Of a stretch of DNA of 32,000 nucleotides, positions 9,792 through 19,692 are shown in pieces. The notes under the pieces were generated by a model that was not told where the DNA came from, ran no database searches, and saw only the letters and a program-made list of their open reading frames with translations. Both the position numbers and the translations under genes were made by a program. The stretch is from a cyanobacterium endosymbiont of Epithemia turgida isolate EtSB Lake Yunoko. Lineage in GTDB: Bacteria; Cyanobacteriota; Cyanobacteriia; Cyanobacteriales; Microcystaceae. Location: assembly GCF_000829235.1 (NCBI RefSeq), contig NZ_AP012549.1:870001-902000 (forward strand), given 5' to 3'. Each line of letters starts with the position of its first letter. The stretch's first letter is position 1.

Positions 9792-11925
9792 CAATCAATT
9801 CATTGTCAGTTATCAGAAGATTTTTAAAAACTATGAACTATTCATGCTGAAGCTTGGAAATAAGTAACATAAGTAGTTTATTAGCAGAATTTTTTTTTAT
9901 CCGACTTTTGCATTGTAAAAAAAGTCCTAAAATTATTCTTTACAAGGTGGCAAACTTCTCATTTTCTATTGATATATTGAACTTGATAGCGATTATATTT
10001 CTACTCTCAATAGAAAGCAATCCTAGAAAATTGTCTTGTCTTAAAAACTATAAAAATCACTACTGTTATGGAATACATCGTTAGTCCACATTATGTACTC
10101 TAATGATGATCGTACCTGATGATGCTAAATTGAGACTACCAATAGTTATTGAAAAGATTGAGCTAATTAAGATGATTTAGCTAGCTAGTCAAGTTAAAGT
10201 TTGTCTATTTTTGTATTGAGTCACCTAATGATATAGCTTTTCCAAATTCTCAATAAATACTTTGAGATATTGTTAAATAATCAAACTGCTATAAACTGGT
10301 CTATTTTGATTGATTTTATAGGTTATCTTTTGGCTTTGATGAGGAGAGAGCTTTGAAATATATTTGATAATCACCTAATTTAAAATTATGGTTACACCCT
10401 TAAAATGGCAAAAACCCGATCAAAGAGGAAGATACAAGTTTTAAAAAAAATTTTTATACATTAGTAATTCTAATTTATCAGAAAGTTTTATTAATGGTTA
10501 GTATTTCAACGACTCAATCGAATATAGAAGGCTAGTATTTTATTACTAAATAAGGTAATACTTATCTTTTTACTTATTATTAAATAAAATTTAAACTTCC
10601 TTAAAAATAACGAGTATAAATACTTACAGTATGAAAAAATAATAATACTAAATATATCTTAAAAATTAAACCTAACTAATAAATTTCACTATTATGGTAT
10701 TGTCTATTATCTCTTTACCTTACTAAAAGTCTTGTTTTACAAGGTCTCCAAGATCATAAAAACAAAGTTTTTGTAGTTATAGAATATAGTTGAAATAAGA
10801 GTTTTAGAATTAATTTATTACCAATTTATCATCTCTAATCTAGAAGTGGCACTGAAACCTAATAACTATATATTAATAGTCATTACAATTTGGAGAAAAA
10901 AGTTACCTTTAGTTCAAAAACATCTTATTTAATTCTTTAAAGAACACTGTAAAGATAATTAGTGAGATCAATAATAGACTTAAAAATAATCGATTACTTT
11001 GATGCTAATTTTAACTTTAAAAAACTAATCAAATTTTATTTAACTTATTGATAGATCAAGAATTTATTTAGCAGAAGCTGCTTAGTCAATAAATTTGAAA
11101 AACTTATATCAAACTTATAAAACTTGTTTTTACACTAGTTATTTATAGTTTTAAAAACCTGAAACGGATGCTGGCTTCTAAAAATTATTAGAAGTTTAAT
11201 AATTAAATTTTCAGCAATATACTGTCAACTTTTATGTTGACAATAAAAAAAATTAAACCTAGTTATCTTATAGAAAAATCTGGCAATTATTTGTATCAGT
11301 TTTGTATACGTCACTAAAATAAAAAACAAGCTTCTCATGTCGCTTAAAAACTTTTTACCAGATTAACCGATAACTTCTTATTTTTATAATCTATCCATGA
11401 CCTCGTAAAATTAAATTATTTCCCTCACTAATTTATAACACTTGTATTTTGAGAAAAATAAACACTTTAAAATTTTAACCTACTATTAGGATATTTACTC
11501 CAATTTAAAACAATATTCAGTTTGTAAATAAAATAAGTTTATTTATGAAATAATAGTACATAAAAAGTTAAATATACTCAAGCAATTAATGCTAAAAATT
11601 TGTGAAGGAATAAAAAAATAGATCAATTTAAAAAGAGATAAACGTTAAAAAATCAAGACCTAAAAAAAATTCTATACGAATTGAAGCTAATCTACAAGAG
11701 GAATTAAAAAATAGAGGAAGTTAAGTTGAAATCAAGTTAACCCTAAACTTATATAATAAGGTTTATTAAACATGATTTAACAGTCAACAGATAACCAAAT
11801 AATTCCAAGTAGGATTTAACGGTTATTGCCTCATCAGCTGATAACTAATGTTAAGATATAAAATCTGGCATATATTGTTAAATTAAAGAGTAGACATAAT
11901 CAATCACTCATAGGAGACAAATATT

Positions 11926-12426
11926 ATGGCTTGGCGTGGTTCTATAGAGATTAAGGATCGCATTTTTGGAACCTTGGTTTATTGTTTCGCTATTTTCGAT
12001 GCAATATTTTTTAGTACCTTTTTAGTTAACCAATTTCCTGTTTTTAGCTTCTTTTTACTACCAGGGTTTCCAATTGCAGTTGTTTACAAATTTTCCGTTC
12101 AATTGTTTGGGATGTTTGGTAGTTTTCTAGTTTTTATGATTCTCTTTTTGGGAATAGTTCGAAATGATAGGATCAGCCACTTTGTCCGCTATAATACTAT
12201 GCAGACTATTCTTATTGGAATTCTACTATCGCTGATTCAACTAATTATGCAATGGGCTCTCGTTCCCGCCTTTGGCAATAGTGGTCTATTCATAGAGACT
12301 TTGTATAATGTTGTATTTCTAGGTTCCATTGCAGCTTCCTACTATTCAATGATTCAATCAGTTTTAGGGCGTTACGCTGAAATTCCTACGATTTCTGAGG
12401 CGGCATATTCCCAAGTTCGTTACTAG
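11926..12426 (+). CDS. Tic20-family membrane protein
   Basis: 166-aa ORF with four hydrophobic segments. The cyanobacterial/plastid Tic20-type blocks are present: MAWRGSIEIKDRIFGTLVY, VRNDRISHFVRYNTMQTILIGILL and GRYAEIPTISEAAYSQV. Confidence 0.7.
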   Translation: MAWRGSIEIKDRIFGTLVYCFAIFDAIFFSTFLVNQFPVFSFFLLPGFPIAVVYKFSVQLFGMFGSFLVFMILFLGIVRNDRISHFVRYNTMQTILIGILLSLIQLIMQWALVPAFGNSGLFIETLYNVVFLGSIAASYYSMIQSVLGRYAEIPTISEAAYSQVRY

Positions 12427-13213
12427 AGATTTGAGACACAAAAGCAGGCATGACAGGATTTTCTAAACTACCAATTCCTTCAATTTCAACTCTAATCTTA
12501 TCTCCTACTTTAACTGGACCTACCCCTTCTGGTGTTCCTGTGAAAACTACATCCCCTGGCATTAAGGTCATAATATGGGAAATATAGGAAACTACAGCTT
12601 GCGGTGAAAAAACCATCTCATGAATTAACGCTGATTGTCTAGGCTCAGGATCATCATTGACAAAAGTCTGTATTCTAGCTCCTGCACTTAATTCTCGCAC
12701 AATCCAGGGACCGAGGGGACAAAAGCTATCAAACCCTTTAGCTCTTGTCCATTGATCATCTTTTCTTTGTAGATCGCGGGCGGTGACATCATTGCCAATA
12801 GTATATCCCCAAATTTTGGTACGAGCTTGTTGAGGAGAACAATTTTTAGTAATCTCACCCATCACTAAAGCCAATTCCCCCTCATAGTCAACCTGCTGGG
12901 ACTGAGGAGGATAGTAAATCGGCTGACTATCAGGAGTTAAAGTTGAAGGTGGCTTAAGAAATAATAAAGGTTCTTGGGGAACCATATTACCAAGTTCAGC
13001 AGTATGGGCACGGTAATTTCTCCCCACTGCTATGATTTTGGAAGGAAAACAAGGGGCTAACAAGTGATAAGTATCAGCTCCTAAAATAATGTCAGTCATT
13101 TGTCCACCGTGCCAAGGAGCAGCATTTATGACTGTCACTGTGCGGTTAGGATTAAGGGAGCCGTAGTGGATTTTTCCTTGAGCCGTTTTGACTCTAACAT
13201 AGCGTTGCGCCAT
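12386..13213 (-). CDS. fumarylacetoacetate hydrolase (FAH) family protein
   Basis: 275-aa ORF with FAH-fold motifs: KIIAVGRNYRAHTAELG, PLLFLKPPS, DYEGELALVMG, GYTIGNDVTARDLQ and MTLMPGDVVFTGTPEGVGPVKVGDKIRVEIEGIGSLENPV. The last 41 nt overlap the 3' end of the convergent Tic20-like gene. Confidence 0.85.
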   Translation of the reverse strand: MAQRYVRVKTAQGKIHYGSLNPNRTVTVINAAPWHGGQMTDIILGADTYHLLAPCFPSKIIAVGRNYRAHTAELGNMVPQEPLLFLKPPSTLTPDSQPIYYPPQSQQVDYEGELALVMGEITKNCSPQQARTKIWGYTIGNDVTARDLQRKDDQWTRAKGFDSFCPLGPWIVRELSAGARIQTFVNDDPEPRQSALIHEMVFSPQAVVSYISHIMTLMPGDVVFTGTPEGVGPVKVGDKIRVEIEGIGSLENPVMPAFVSQISSNELGNMPPQKS

Positions 13214-13382
13214 AGCAGTATACGGTCAGTTAAATATATTTGAGTCGATGAGATAACAGATATACTAGCGTTAAATCTTTTAATCGTAGTATGATCTTAT
13301 TTGGATATGTTCAAAAGACTTCCCTTGCTTCTCAAGCCTAAAGCTATAAAGAAGCCCACTTGTCCATAAGGAGATTACCGTT

Positions 13383-13739
13383 ATGCATGAAAGTTACGAA
13401 ATGTTATACATTCTGCGCCCCAGTTTATCAGAAGAGCAGGTGCAGCAAGAAGTGAGTAAATATGAAGATTTTCTCAAAGAGTACAACGTAATCGATCTTC
13501 AAACCAATATTTGGGGTAAACGGCGGTTAGCTTACCAAATTCAGCGGTACTTTGATGGAATTTATGTTCAAATGAATTACCAGGGTGAAGGGACTCAAGT
13601 AGCCCCCTTAGAGCGAGCAATGCGCTTAAGTGAAGAAGTAATTCGCTATTTGACTATTAAACTTAAGAAAGCTGCGTCAAAAGAGCTAGATTCCGACGTT
13701 GGAAACCAAGAAGAACTAGAACAATCTGTTGATAGTTGA
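13383..13739 (+). CDS. rpsF: 30S ribosomal protein S6
   Basis: 118-aa ORF with [16 protein letters not shown]...[23 protein letters not shown] and an acidic tail. An AAGGAG RBS sits at 13368-13373. The gene ends with TGA, showing that TGA is a functional stop here. Confidence 0.95.
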   Translation: MHESYEMLYILRPSLSEEQVQQEVSKYEDFLKEYNVIDLQTNIWGKRRLAYQIQRYFDGIYVQMNYQGEGTQVAPLERAMRLSEEVIRYLTIKLKKAASKELDSDVGNQEELEQSVDS

Positions 13740-13785
13740 AATATGACGGGGTAGTTGACAAGACAAAACCCGTACATATGGGTCA

Positions 13786-13808
13786 GGGGTAATCTATCCC
13801 GAATTTTT
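13786..13808 (+). terminator. weak intrinsic-terminator candidate after rpsF
   Basis: GGGGTA-ATC-TATCCC forms a 6-bp stem with one G-U, followed by GAATTTTTGG, about 47 nt after the rpsF stop. Confidence 0.3.
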
Positions 13809-14048
13809 GGTTGATCCTCTGTCTCAATACTATTCCAATATTTTAACCATAAGTAGTGTCCATCTCAAAAACCTTGTGTTAGAATCTATACACCTATAAA
13901 ATTTGTTTATAAACTAGTTTGTTGTTGTAAATATTAGAACAACTAGCACAGTTCTTGAGGTAAATCTGTCTTGAAGTGATTCTGTTGCCGATCTGACAAA
14001 CCTCACAGAAAACCGATTGAACATATTCATCAGGAGCAGTCTGTACTA

Positions 14049-14186
14049 ATGGACTATTTGGAGAGAGTTCTCGAAAAGCTCAAAGAATGGGCACAAAAGT
14101 TGATTGAAACGTTACTCGGTCCGCAAGCTGAGCCTGAACCTGAGCTGCTCCCTATCCCTGTAAACGATTCACAGCACCGCCGTTAG
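14049..14186 (+). CDS. small hypothetical ORF (45 aa), immediately upstream of aroQ
   Basis: ATG 14049 to TAG 14184-14186 encodes MDYLERVLEKLKEWAQKLIETLLGPQAEPEPELLPIPVNDSQHRR. Its GC content is clearly higher than the flanks, it ends 17 nt before the aroQ start, and GGAG lies about 12 nt upstream. It was too short for the ORF track. I recognise no family. Confidence 0.35.
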   Translation: MDYLERVLEKLKEWAQKLIETLLGPQAEPEPELLPIPVNDSQHRR

Positions 14187-14202
14187 GCACAGTTGATCTG
14201 AA

Positions 14203-14667
14203 GTGTATTCTGAAACTTTTAGACGACTCAATGTTTTGGTTCTTCACGGTCCTAGTCTAAATCTATTAGGAAAACGGGAACCACTTGTTTACGGCTCTGT
14301 CACTTTGGATAGTATAAACTACCTTCTAACAGAGGAGGCTAAAATTCTTGGCTGTAGTCTAGAATGTATGCAATCCAACCACGAGGGAGTTTTAGTGGAT
14401 GCTATTCATGATTCTTTGGATAAATACCAAGGGATCATCATTAATGCCGGAGCTTATACTCACACTAGCATTGCCATTAGAGATGCTTTGTCTGCAGTAA
14501 GAATCCCTACTATTGAAGTTCACATGAGTAATATTTATAAGCGGGAAGATTTTCGTCATCATTCTTGTATTGCTGCTGTTGTTATCGGACAGATTAGTGG
14601 TTTTGGTGCGCAGAGTTATAAATTAGGATTATACGCTTTGGTTGACATTCTTAGAAATGGGAATTGA
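14203..14667 (+). CDS. aroQ: type II 3-dehydroquinate dehydratase
   Basis: 154-aa ORF with a GTG start. AroQ motifs are present: LVLHGPSLNLLGKREPLVYG, QSNHEGVLVDAIH, IIINAGAYTHTSIAIRDAL and IEVHMSNIYKREDFRHHS. Confidence 0.93.
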   Translation: MYSETFRRLNVLVLHGPSLNLLGKREPLVYGSVTLDSINYLLTEEAKILGCSLECMQSNHEGVLVDAIHDSLDKYQGIIINAGAYTHTSIAIRDALSAVRIPTIEVHMSNIYKREDFRHHSCIAAVVIGQISGFGAQSYKLGLYALVDILRNGN

Positions 14668-15816
14668 AGCAATTTTTCTTGTAGGACAAGAATAGAACTG
14701 ACTATTTTCTATTAGATTAGAGTGAAAACGGGGTTAATGCGAAAGAATAAAGTTAATTTGCTGTGACTGTTAGCGAGATTAAGCCTTCAAATCTCGAATT
14801 ATTCTTGAGACGGCTATATTATTGATAAGTAGTCGACCTGTAACTACATTTACGATGATATCCAACAAGAATTGATGTCTTAAGTGTGGCGTCATAAACA
14901 TTAGGATGAATTACATAACAAGATCAATAAAACGACAGAAACAATGTAAATTGCTTATACCTTACTGAAGTTATTTCTTTAGATAAATTAGGTAACAATC
15001 GAAAAAAATTAACAGAATATGTACAAGATTTTAGAGTATTAAGTGCTGTTTGCAATAGTCGCCTGTTAGATGACATTGTAAATCGACAACCTAATTATAC
15101 GTAGTATTTGGATTTATACACCCAAATCAGACTCTCATGATAGAAATGTTTTTGATATTGCTCAAAAAATTGCAGTATATTATTAATCTAACATTCCAGT
15201 TGCTATAATTAAAATCATAAGAACGGTTTTTATTGCATCAATTAAAATTGAAAATTGATTACAAAAAGCAGTATGTAATTACATAATAAGTAGTGAGTTA
15301 ATTATTTTTCATTTTATACTGACGGGAGACAATTTTAAGTCTAAAGTAGCAATCAAACTCATTAATTTAGTTGTTCCGTTTGTTTATCTATCCAAGGTGC
15401 TATATTAATTCTAATTAGAATATAACTTTAGGGATATTTGTTGGTGAATTTATTTAGAAATCTATTGTTGCTAGACAAACAAGAATAGACCTAAAAATAA
15501 TGATAAGTATAGAAACTATCTAAAAATATCAAAAAAAGTAAAATAATTATTGAATACAAAGTAAGAGAAACAAAGTATCAACAATATATAGAAAAGTTAT
15601 TGATAAAAATTAATAAAGAAATACAAGTAAGTTTAAATCCTAAAATATAAAAGAAGGTATAGAAAGTGAGTTGTTTTAAATAGTTATCTAGATTTATTTT
15701 ATTCAAAAAATAATTATTATTAATAAATAATAGCAAACCTAGTTTTTTAACTTTGCTATAGAACACTAGGTCATTATAGTATATAGATTTTTAAAAAGTT
15801 TATAGAACAATTAATT

Positions 15817-16860
15817 CTATTCAATCTTTTTTTGCAGACGTTTTAGAGTTTTGTACATTTCAGGAAGGCGTTTATAGATAGCAGAAACTTTCAGATATAA
15901 TTTATGAGGAACTGCCGGACTACTAGAGATTATTTCTCCTGGAGCGATATCATTAGTAATACCTGTCTGTCCTGTAGCAATCACCCCATCTCCAATGTTG
16001 ATTTTATTAGCTACCCCTACCTGTCCAGCTAAGATTACTCTATTTCCCAACTTGACGCCTCCCGCTAAACCAACTTGTCCGGCCAAAATGCAATTTTCGC
16101 TAATTTTGCAACCATGGGCAATATGAACTAAATTATCCAGCTTGGTATTACGTCCAATATTAGTAGTCCCTACAGCAGGACGATCAACCGCACTATTACA
16201 GCCAATTTCTACCCCATCTTCGAGAATTACATAGCCTGATTGTTCGATCTTAAACCAACCTTGAGGGGTTGGAACAAATCCAAAACCCTCCGAGCCAATA
16301 GCTGCTCCACTATGAATTACACAATTAGACCCGATTTGTGTACATTCATGGATAGTACAGTTAGCATGAAGGATGCTATGACTTCCTAGGAAAACCTGTG
16401 GATAAATGACTACATTAGAATGAATACATACGTTGTCCCCTATAGTTACATCGTGTTCAATAACGACATGGGGACCAATATAAATATTTTTACCAAGCTT
16501 AACAGAGGGATCAATGATAGCACTCGGATGAATCCCGGGAGCAGGGTGAAAAGGTTTATAAAAAAAATTAATCGCCTGAGCGAAGATTAAACGGGGTTCT
16601 TTGGTAGCTATCCAAGCAATCCCCCTTTCACTGGCTTGATTTTGTAATGCCTCATCAAGGGGTAAAATAAGAGCGCTAGCTGCCGTTTTATTAACCATAG
16701 GAGCAAATTTATCTCCCTCAATATAGCTGAGTTGTCCTGCTATCGCTTCATCGACGGGGGCGAGTCCGACAATGTTAGGGTTATTATCGGGGTGATTAGT
16801 GAGGCTAGAATTGATGACTGAGGAATTAAGCTTTTTGGTAATTTCATTGAACTTCATCAT
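15817..16860 (-). CDS. lpxD: UDP-3-O-acylglucosamine N-acyltransferase
   Basis: 347-aa ORF with an LpxD N-terminal domain (LSYIEGDKFAPMV...), long left-handed beta-helix hexapeptide repeats, and a C-terminal helix. Confidence 0.94.
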   Translation of the reverse strand: MMKFNEITKKLNSSVINSSLTNHPDNNPNIVGLAPVDEAIAGQLSYIEGDKFAPMVNKTAASALILPLDEALQNQASERGIAWIATKEPRLIFAQAINFFYKPFHPAPGIHPSAIIDPSVKLGKNIYIGPHVVIEHDVTIGDNVCIHSNVVIYPQVFLGSHSILHANCTIHECTQIGSNCVIHSGAAIGSEGFGFVPTPQGWFKIEQSGYVILEDGVEIGCNSAVDRPAVGTTNIGRNTKLDNLVHIAHGCKISENCILAGQVGLAGGVKLGNRVILAGQVGVANKINIGDGVIATGQTGITNDIAPGEIISSSPAVPHKLYLKVSAIYKRLPEMYKTLKRLQKKIE

Positions 16861-16868
16861 TAATTTTC

Positions 16869-16900
16869 CTTGAAACCTGATTAACTTGAAACCTGATTAA
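16869..16900. repeat. perfect 2 x 16-bp tandem duplication (CTTGAAACCTGATTAA) abutting the lpxD RBS
   Basis: 16869-16884 is identical to 16885-16900. On the minus strand this reads TTAATCAGGTTTCAAG x2, then GAAAATTA, then the ATG at 16860. The AAGGA Shine-Dalgarno-like element straddles the end of the proximal copy. Confidence 0.9.
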
Positions 16901-17188
16901 ATTTTAGGAAGTTGTTGATTATTTTTCTGGATACCTCTGATGACAATAATCCTAGCAAAGATTTAAGCCAACTTTTAATCAAGTAACTAGACCAAGATTA
17001 ACCCCCATTATCCTAAGTTATCTTTAAAGGGAAAAGTTAGTTAACTCAGTAGGCTAAGTCTAGAGTAAATGATAAGCTGGTCTAGATGTTACCTAAACAA
17101 TTACTCACCACTTATTATCATCGACGATAGATGATTAATAGTGAAGTGATCTTTATACCACCCTATAACCGTACAATTAAAAACACAC

Positions 17189-17419
17189 ATGAAAGTTGGC
17201 GATCGCGTCCGTGTTATGGCATCTATTATTGTTTATCATTACCCTCAGCATAAAAAACAGCCCTTCGATCTCAAAGGGATGGAAGGAGAAATCATTGATA
17301 TTATTACAAATTGGCAAGGAAGGCCGGTTAGCAGCAGTTTTCCCTTCTTAGTCAAATTTGATAAACGGTTTAAGGCTCATTTTCGAGATCATGAACTAGA
17401 AGTGATCAAACCCGAATAA
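17189..17419 (+). CDS. ftrV: ferredoxin-thioredoxin reductase variable subunit
   Basis: 76-aa ORF reading MKVGDRVRVMASIIVYHYPQHKKQPFDLKGMEGEIIDIITNWQGRPVSSSFPFLVKFDKRFKAHF. This matches the remembered FTR variable-chain pattern. It contains a HIP1 site. Confidence 0.85.
   Translation: MKVGDRVRVMASIIVYHYPQHKKQPFDLKGMEGEIIDIITNWQGRPVSSSFPFLVKFDKRFKAHFRDHELEVIKPE
17199..17206. repeat. HIP1 octamer GCGATCGC
   Basis: Exact GCGATCGC inside ftrV. This is a cyanobacterial hallmark palindrome. Confidence 0.9.
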
Positions 17420-18044
17420 GCATTTAGCTAAACTTGGGGAGAATAATTTTCAGAAACTTCCCAAGAACCAATCACCTGCAACTTTTAGCGTAGTTAGACT
17501 TTACTGACAATCCTCTGTTACAGCTTTAGCTCGCCAGGAAGTTCTTGCTTGAATAAAAAGTTTTTTTCTCCGAATATTTCTTGTCTGTAAAAAAACGCTT
17601 GTTAAGTCAATCTTAAAGATTAAGAGTAGAGTGTATTGAAGCAGCGAACCTAAAATGCATTTATTTTGGTGTGTTACAGGATAATTCAACCTAAGCCTAG
17701 CTTACCACAAGCATCATTAACTTAACGTACCCCACTTAATGTTTTTTCGAAAACCGGTCTTAGGAGTTGCACATTGACAGATTAACTTAAATATGGTTGC
17801 TATGAAGATATTAAAATAGTCACTAAAGGTAAAAAGCAAAAAATTAGTGAAATAGAGAAGGTTGTCAAAATTAAGAGATAGTTATCCGAACTCTTATCTA
17901 AAAAACAACAACTGAGCATCATAACATACCTATATACACAGTCTTGAGTTATTCTAAGATGTAGATGTGTAGATGTCTCTTGTTTATATCCAGACGAGAT
18001 ATATTTGATGTAGTTTGTCAGTATAGTAATTTCTAAGTTGGTTA

Positions 18045-18869
18045 ACTACTATCAACTTTTTGAGAAAATTACTAGTATTCTCTAGATAATAAAAGTTGCT
18101 ACCAATCTTCATTGTCTAAATGCCATTGGAGCGTTTTTTAAAATTTTTTCTCTATAGTTTCTTGAGGAATCGATCCTAATTCCATGTTTATTTTTGTGGC
18201 ATCAATAGCATAACAACGATCATGACCAGAGCGATCTTTAACAAAAATAATTCATTGTTTAGCTGTTTTCAAAGGTGAGTTTGGAGCTAATTCATCCATT
18301 AAGTCACATAACATAGTAACTAGATCAATATTTTTAACCTGATTATCGCCGTCGAAATTATAAGTTTATCTTAAATTTCTCTTGTTAATAACTGTCTCTA
18401 ACACTGAACAATAATCGCCAACATATAACCAATCTCGAATATTTTGATCGTCCCCATAAACAGGTAAAGGTTTTCCTTATCAAATATTAATAGATGTTAA
18501 AGAAATTAATTTTGTAGGGATAATGATGAGAGCCATAATTATTAGAACAGTTCGTAATAATAGTTAGGACACCATATCTGTAGAAATATGAAAGAAAAAA
18601 GTCCCGAGTTTTTTATATTCTTCTGCCATAATTGTGGAAGCAATTTCATTGATTGAGAAAGCAACCTTGGACTTACTCTCAGACTTATCAACAGCAGCAT
18701 TGACAATTAGATCAGGCTTGATTTCTTGTATTCCCTTGCGAATTTGATCAAGTCAAGCTAAATCAATAATTTTGCGATTTATACAAAGTACTTGCCCAAT
18801 AGAGATTAAAGTCTGCTTTAACTCTTGACATAATTGTTCATCAGTTTCTATTGATAAAACTTTTGACAT
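18045..18869 (-). pseudogene. chimeric remnant: N-terminal third of dTDP-4-dehydrorhamnose reductase fused to the C-terminal half of dTDP-glucose 4,6-dehydratase, with stops and frameshifts
   Basis: The minus strand from ATG 18869 reads MSKVLSIETDEQLCQELKQTL..IDLA*LDQIRKGIQEIKPDLIVNAAVDKSESKSKVAFSINEIASTIMAEEYKKLGTFFFHISTD (RmlD-like). It continues directly with YGVLTIITNCSNNYG, then (frameshift) [66 protein letters not shown] and LQWHLDNEDW* (RmlB-like). There are several in-frame TGA/TAA codons. Confidence 0.8.
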
Positions 18870-18952
18870 TAGGTTTTTCATTGCGAATCTTAAGTCGGAA
18901 TTGTACAGAGAATGGGGTCCACTTTGAAGAGTTGAATATGCTGTCTACCTTC

Positions 18953-19669
18953 TTAAATAGTCCAATAACTCAATTTCCATTCGTTAGTGTGAGAAACTAC
19001 TGCTCCTTGATAATTAGGGTGTGGTATGAAAAAGAATGTAGTCCAGTTTAACAGAGATTGATTGTTGGGTAACTTAAGTAATTGAGAAAAGGAGTCAAGG
19101 GAGACTTCGACTTGATTGAGTCCTCCAGCAATTCCTTCTCCTGTAGCTTTCAAATAGGCTTCCTTGGCTGTCCAAAGTTTAAAAAAAGTTTTTTCCAGAT
19201 CAGGAGAAGTTAGAAGGCTGATTTGATTATATTCTTGGGAACAGAAAAAACGTTTGGCCAGTTTTTTGGCCTCTGACATAGGACGAACATATTCAAGATC
19301 AACTCCTATAACGTGATTGCAGGTTACACCATAAATCGCCAATTCGTGGGAATGCGAAAGGTTAAATTGCAAGCTATTTACCCCTAATTTATTCGTTAAT
19401 CGTGGTTTTCCTCGTGAACTATAAGTAAATTCAATTGTGGAAGCCGGGATATTTAAGTATTGACCTAAAATTGTTTTTAGGGTACCTCTGGCCACAATGA
19501 AGCGTCGTTTATGTTCTTTAAAAGAAAAATTTTTAGCCTTTATTTTTTCTTCTTGACTAAGTATTGCAAAACACCTATTCACTTCTAAGTCTGAGACTTT
19601 TAGGTCTTGTTTCCATAAGTGAATATCCGATGGATTTAAGGTTAAACGATTGGGAGACTTAATCCACAT
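18953..19669 (-). CDS. 4'-phosphopantetheinyl transferase, Sfp/HetI type
   Basis: 238-aa ORF with the motifs RFIVARGTLKTILGQYL, GKPRL, FNLSHSHELAIYGV, IGVDLEYVRP and FFKLWTAKEAYLKATGEGIAG. Confidence 0.85.
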   Translation of the reverse strand: MWIKSPNRLTLNPSDIHLWKQDLKVSDLEVNRCFAILSQEEKIKAKNFSFKEHKRRFIVARGTLKTILGQYLNIPASTIEFTYSSRGKPRLTNKLGVNSLQFNLSHSHELAIYGVTCNHVIGVDLEYVRPMSEAKKLAKRFFCSQEYNQISLLTSPDLEKTFFKLWTAKEAYLKATGEGIAGGLNQVEVSLDSFSQLLKLPNNQSLLNWTTFFFIPHPNYQGAVVSHTNEWKLSYWTI

Positions 19670-19692
19670 TAGATATTCATAAAATATTTTAC

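Noticed and set aside
13873-13884. Extended -10 promoter (TGTTAGAAT) upstream of the small ORF/aroQ pair.
   Set aside because: It is plausible, but TAnnnT-like hexamers are everywhere in this AT-rich DNA. It cannot be supported without TSS data.
2834-17689. Track ORFs in AT-rich spacers: 2834-3037, 9854-10084, 15578-15766 and 17501-17689.
   Set aside because: Their translations are low-complexity and rich in Ile/Leu/Asn/Lys/Phe, as expected from random AT-rich DNA. They show no family resemblance and no convincing RBS.
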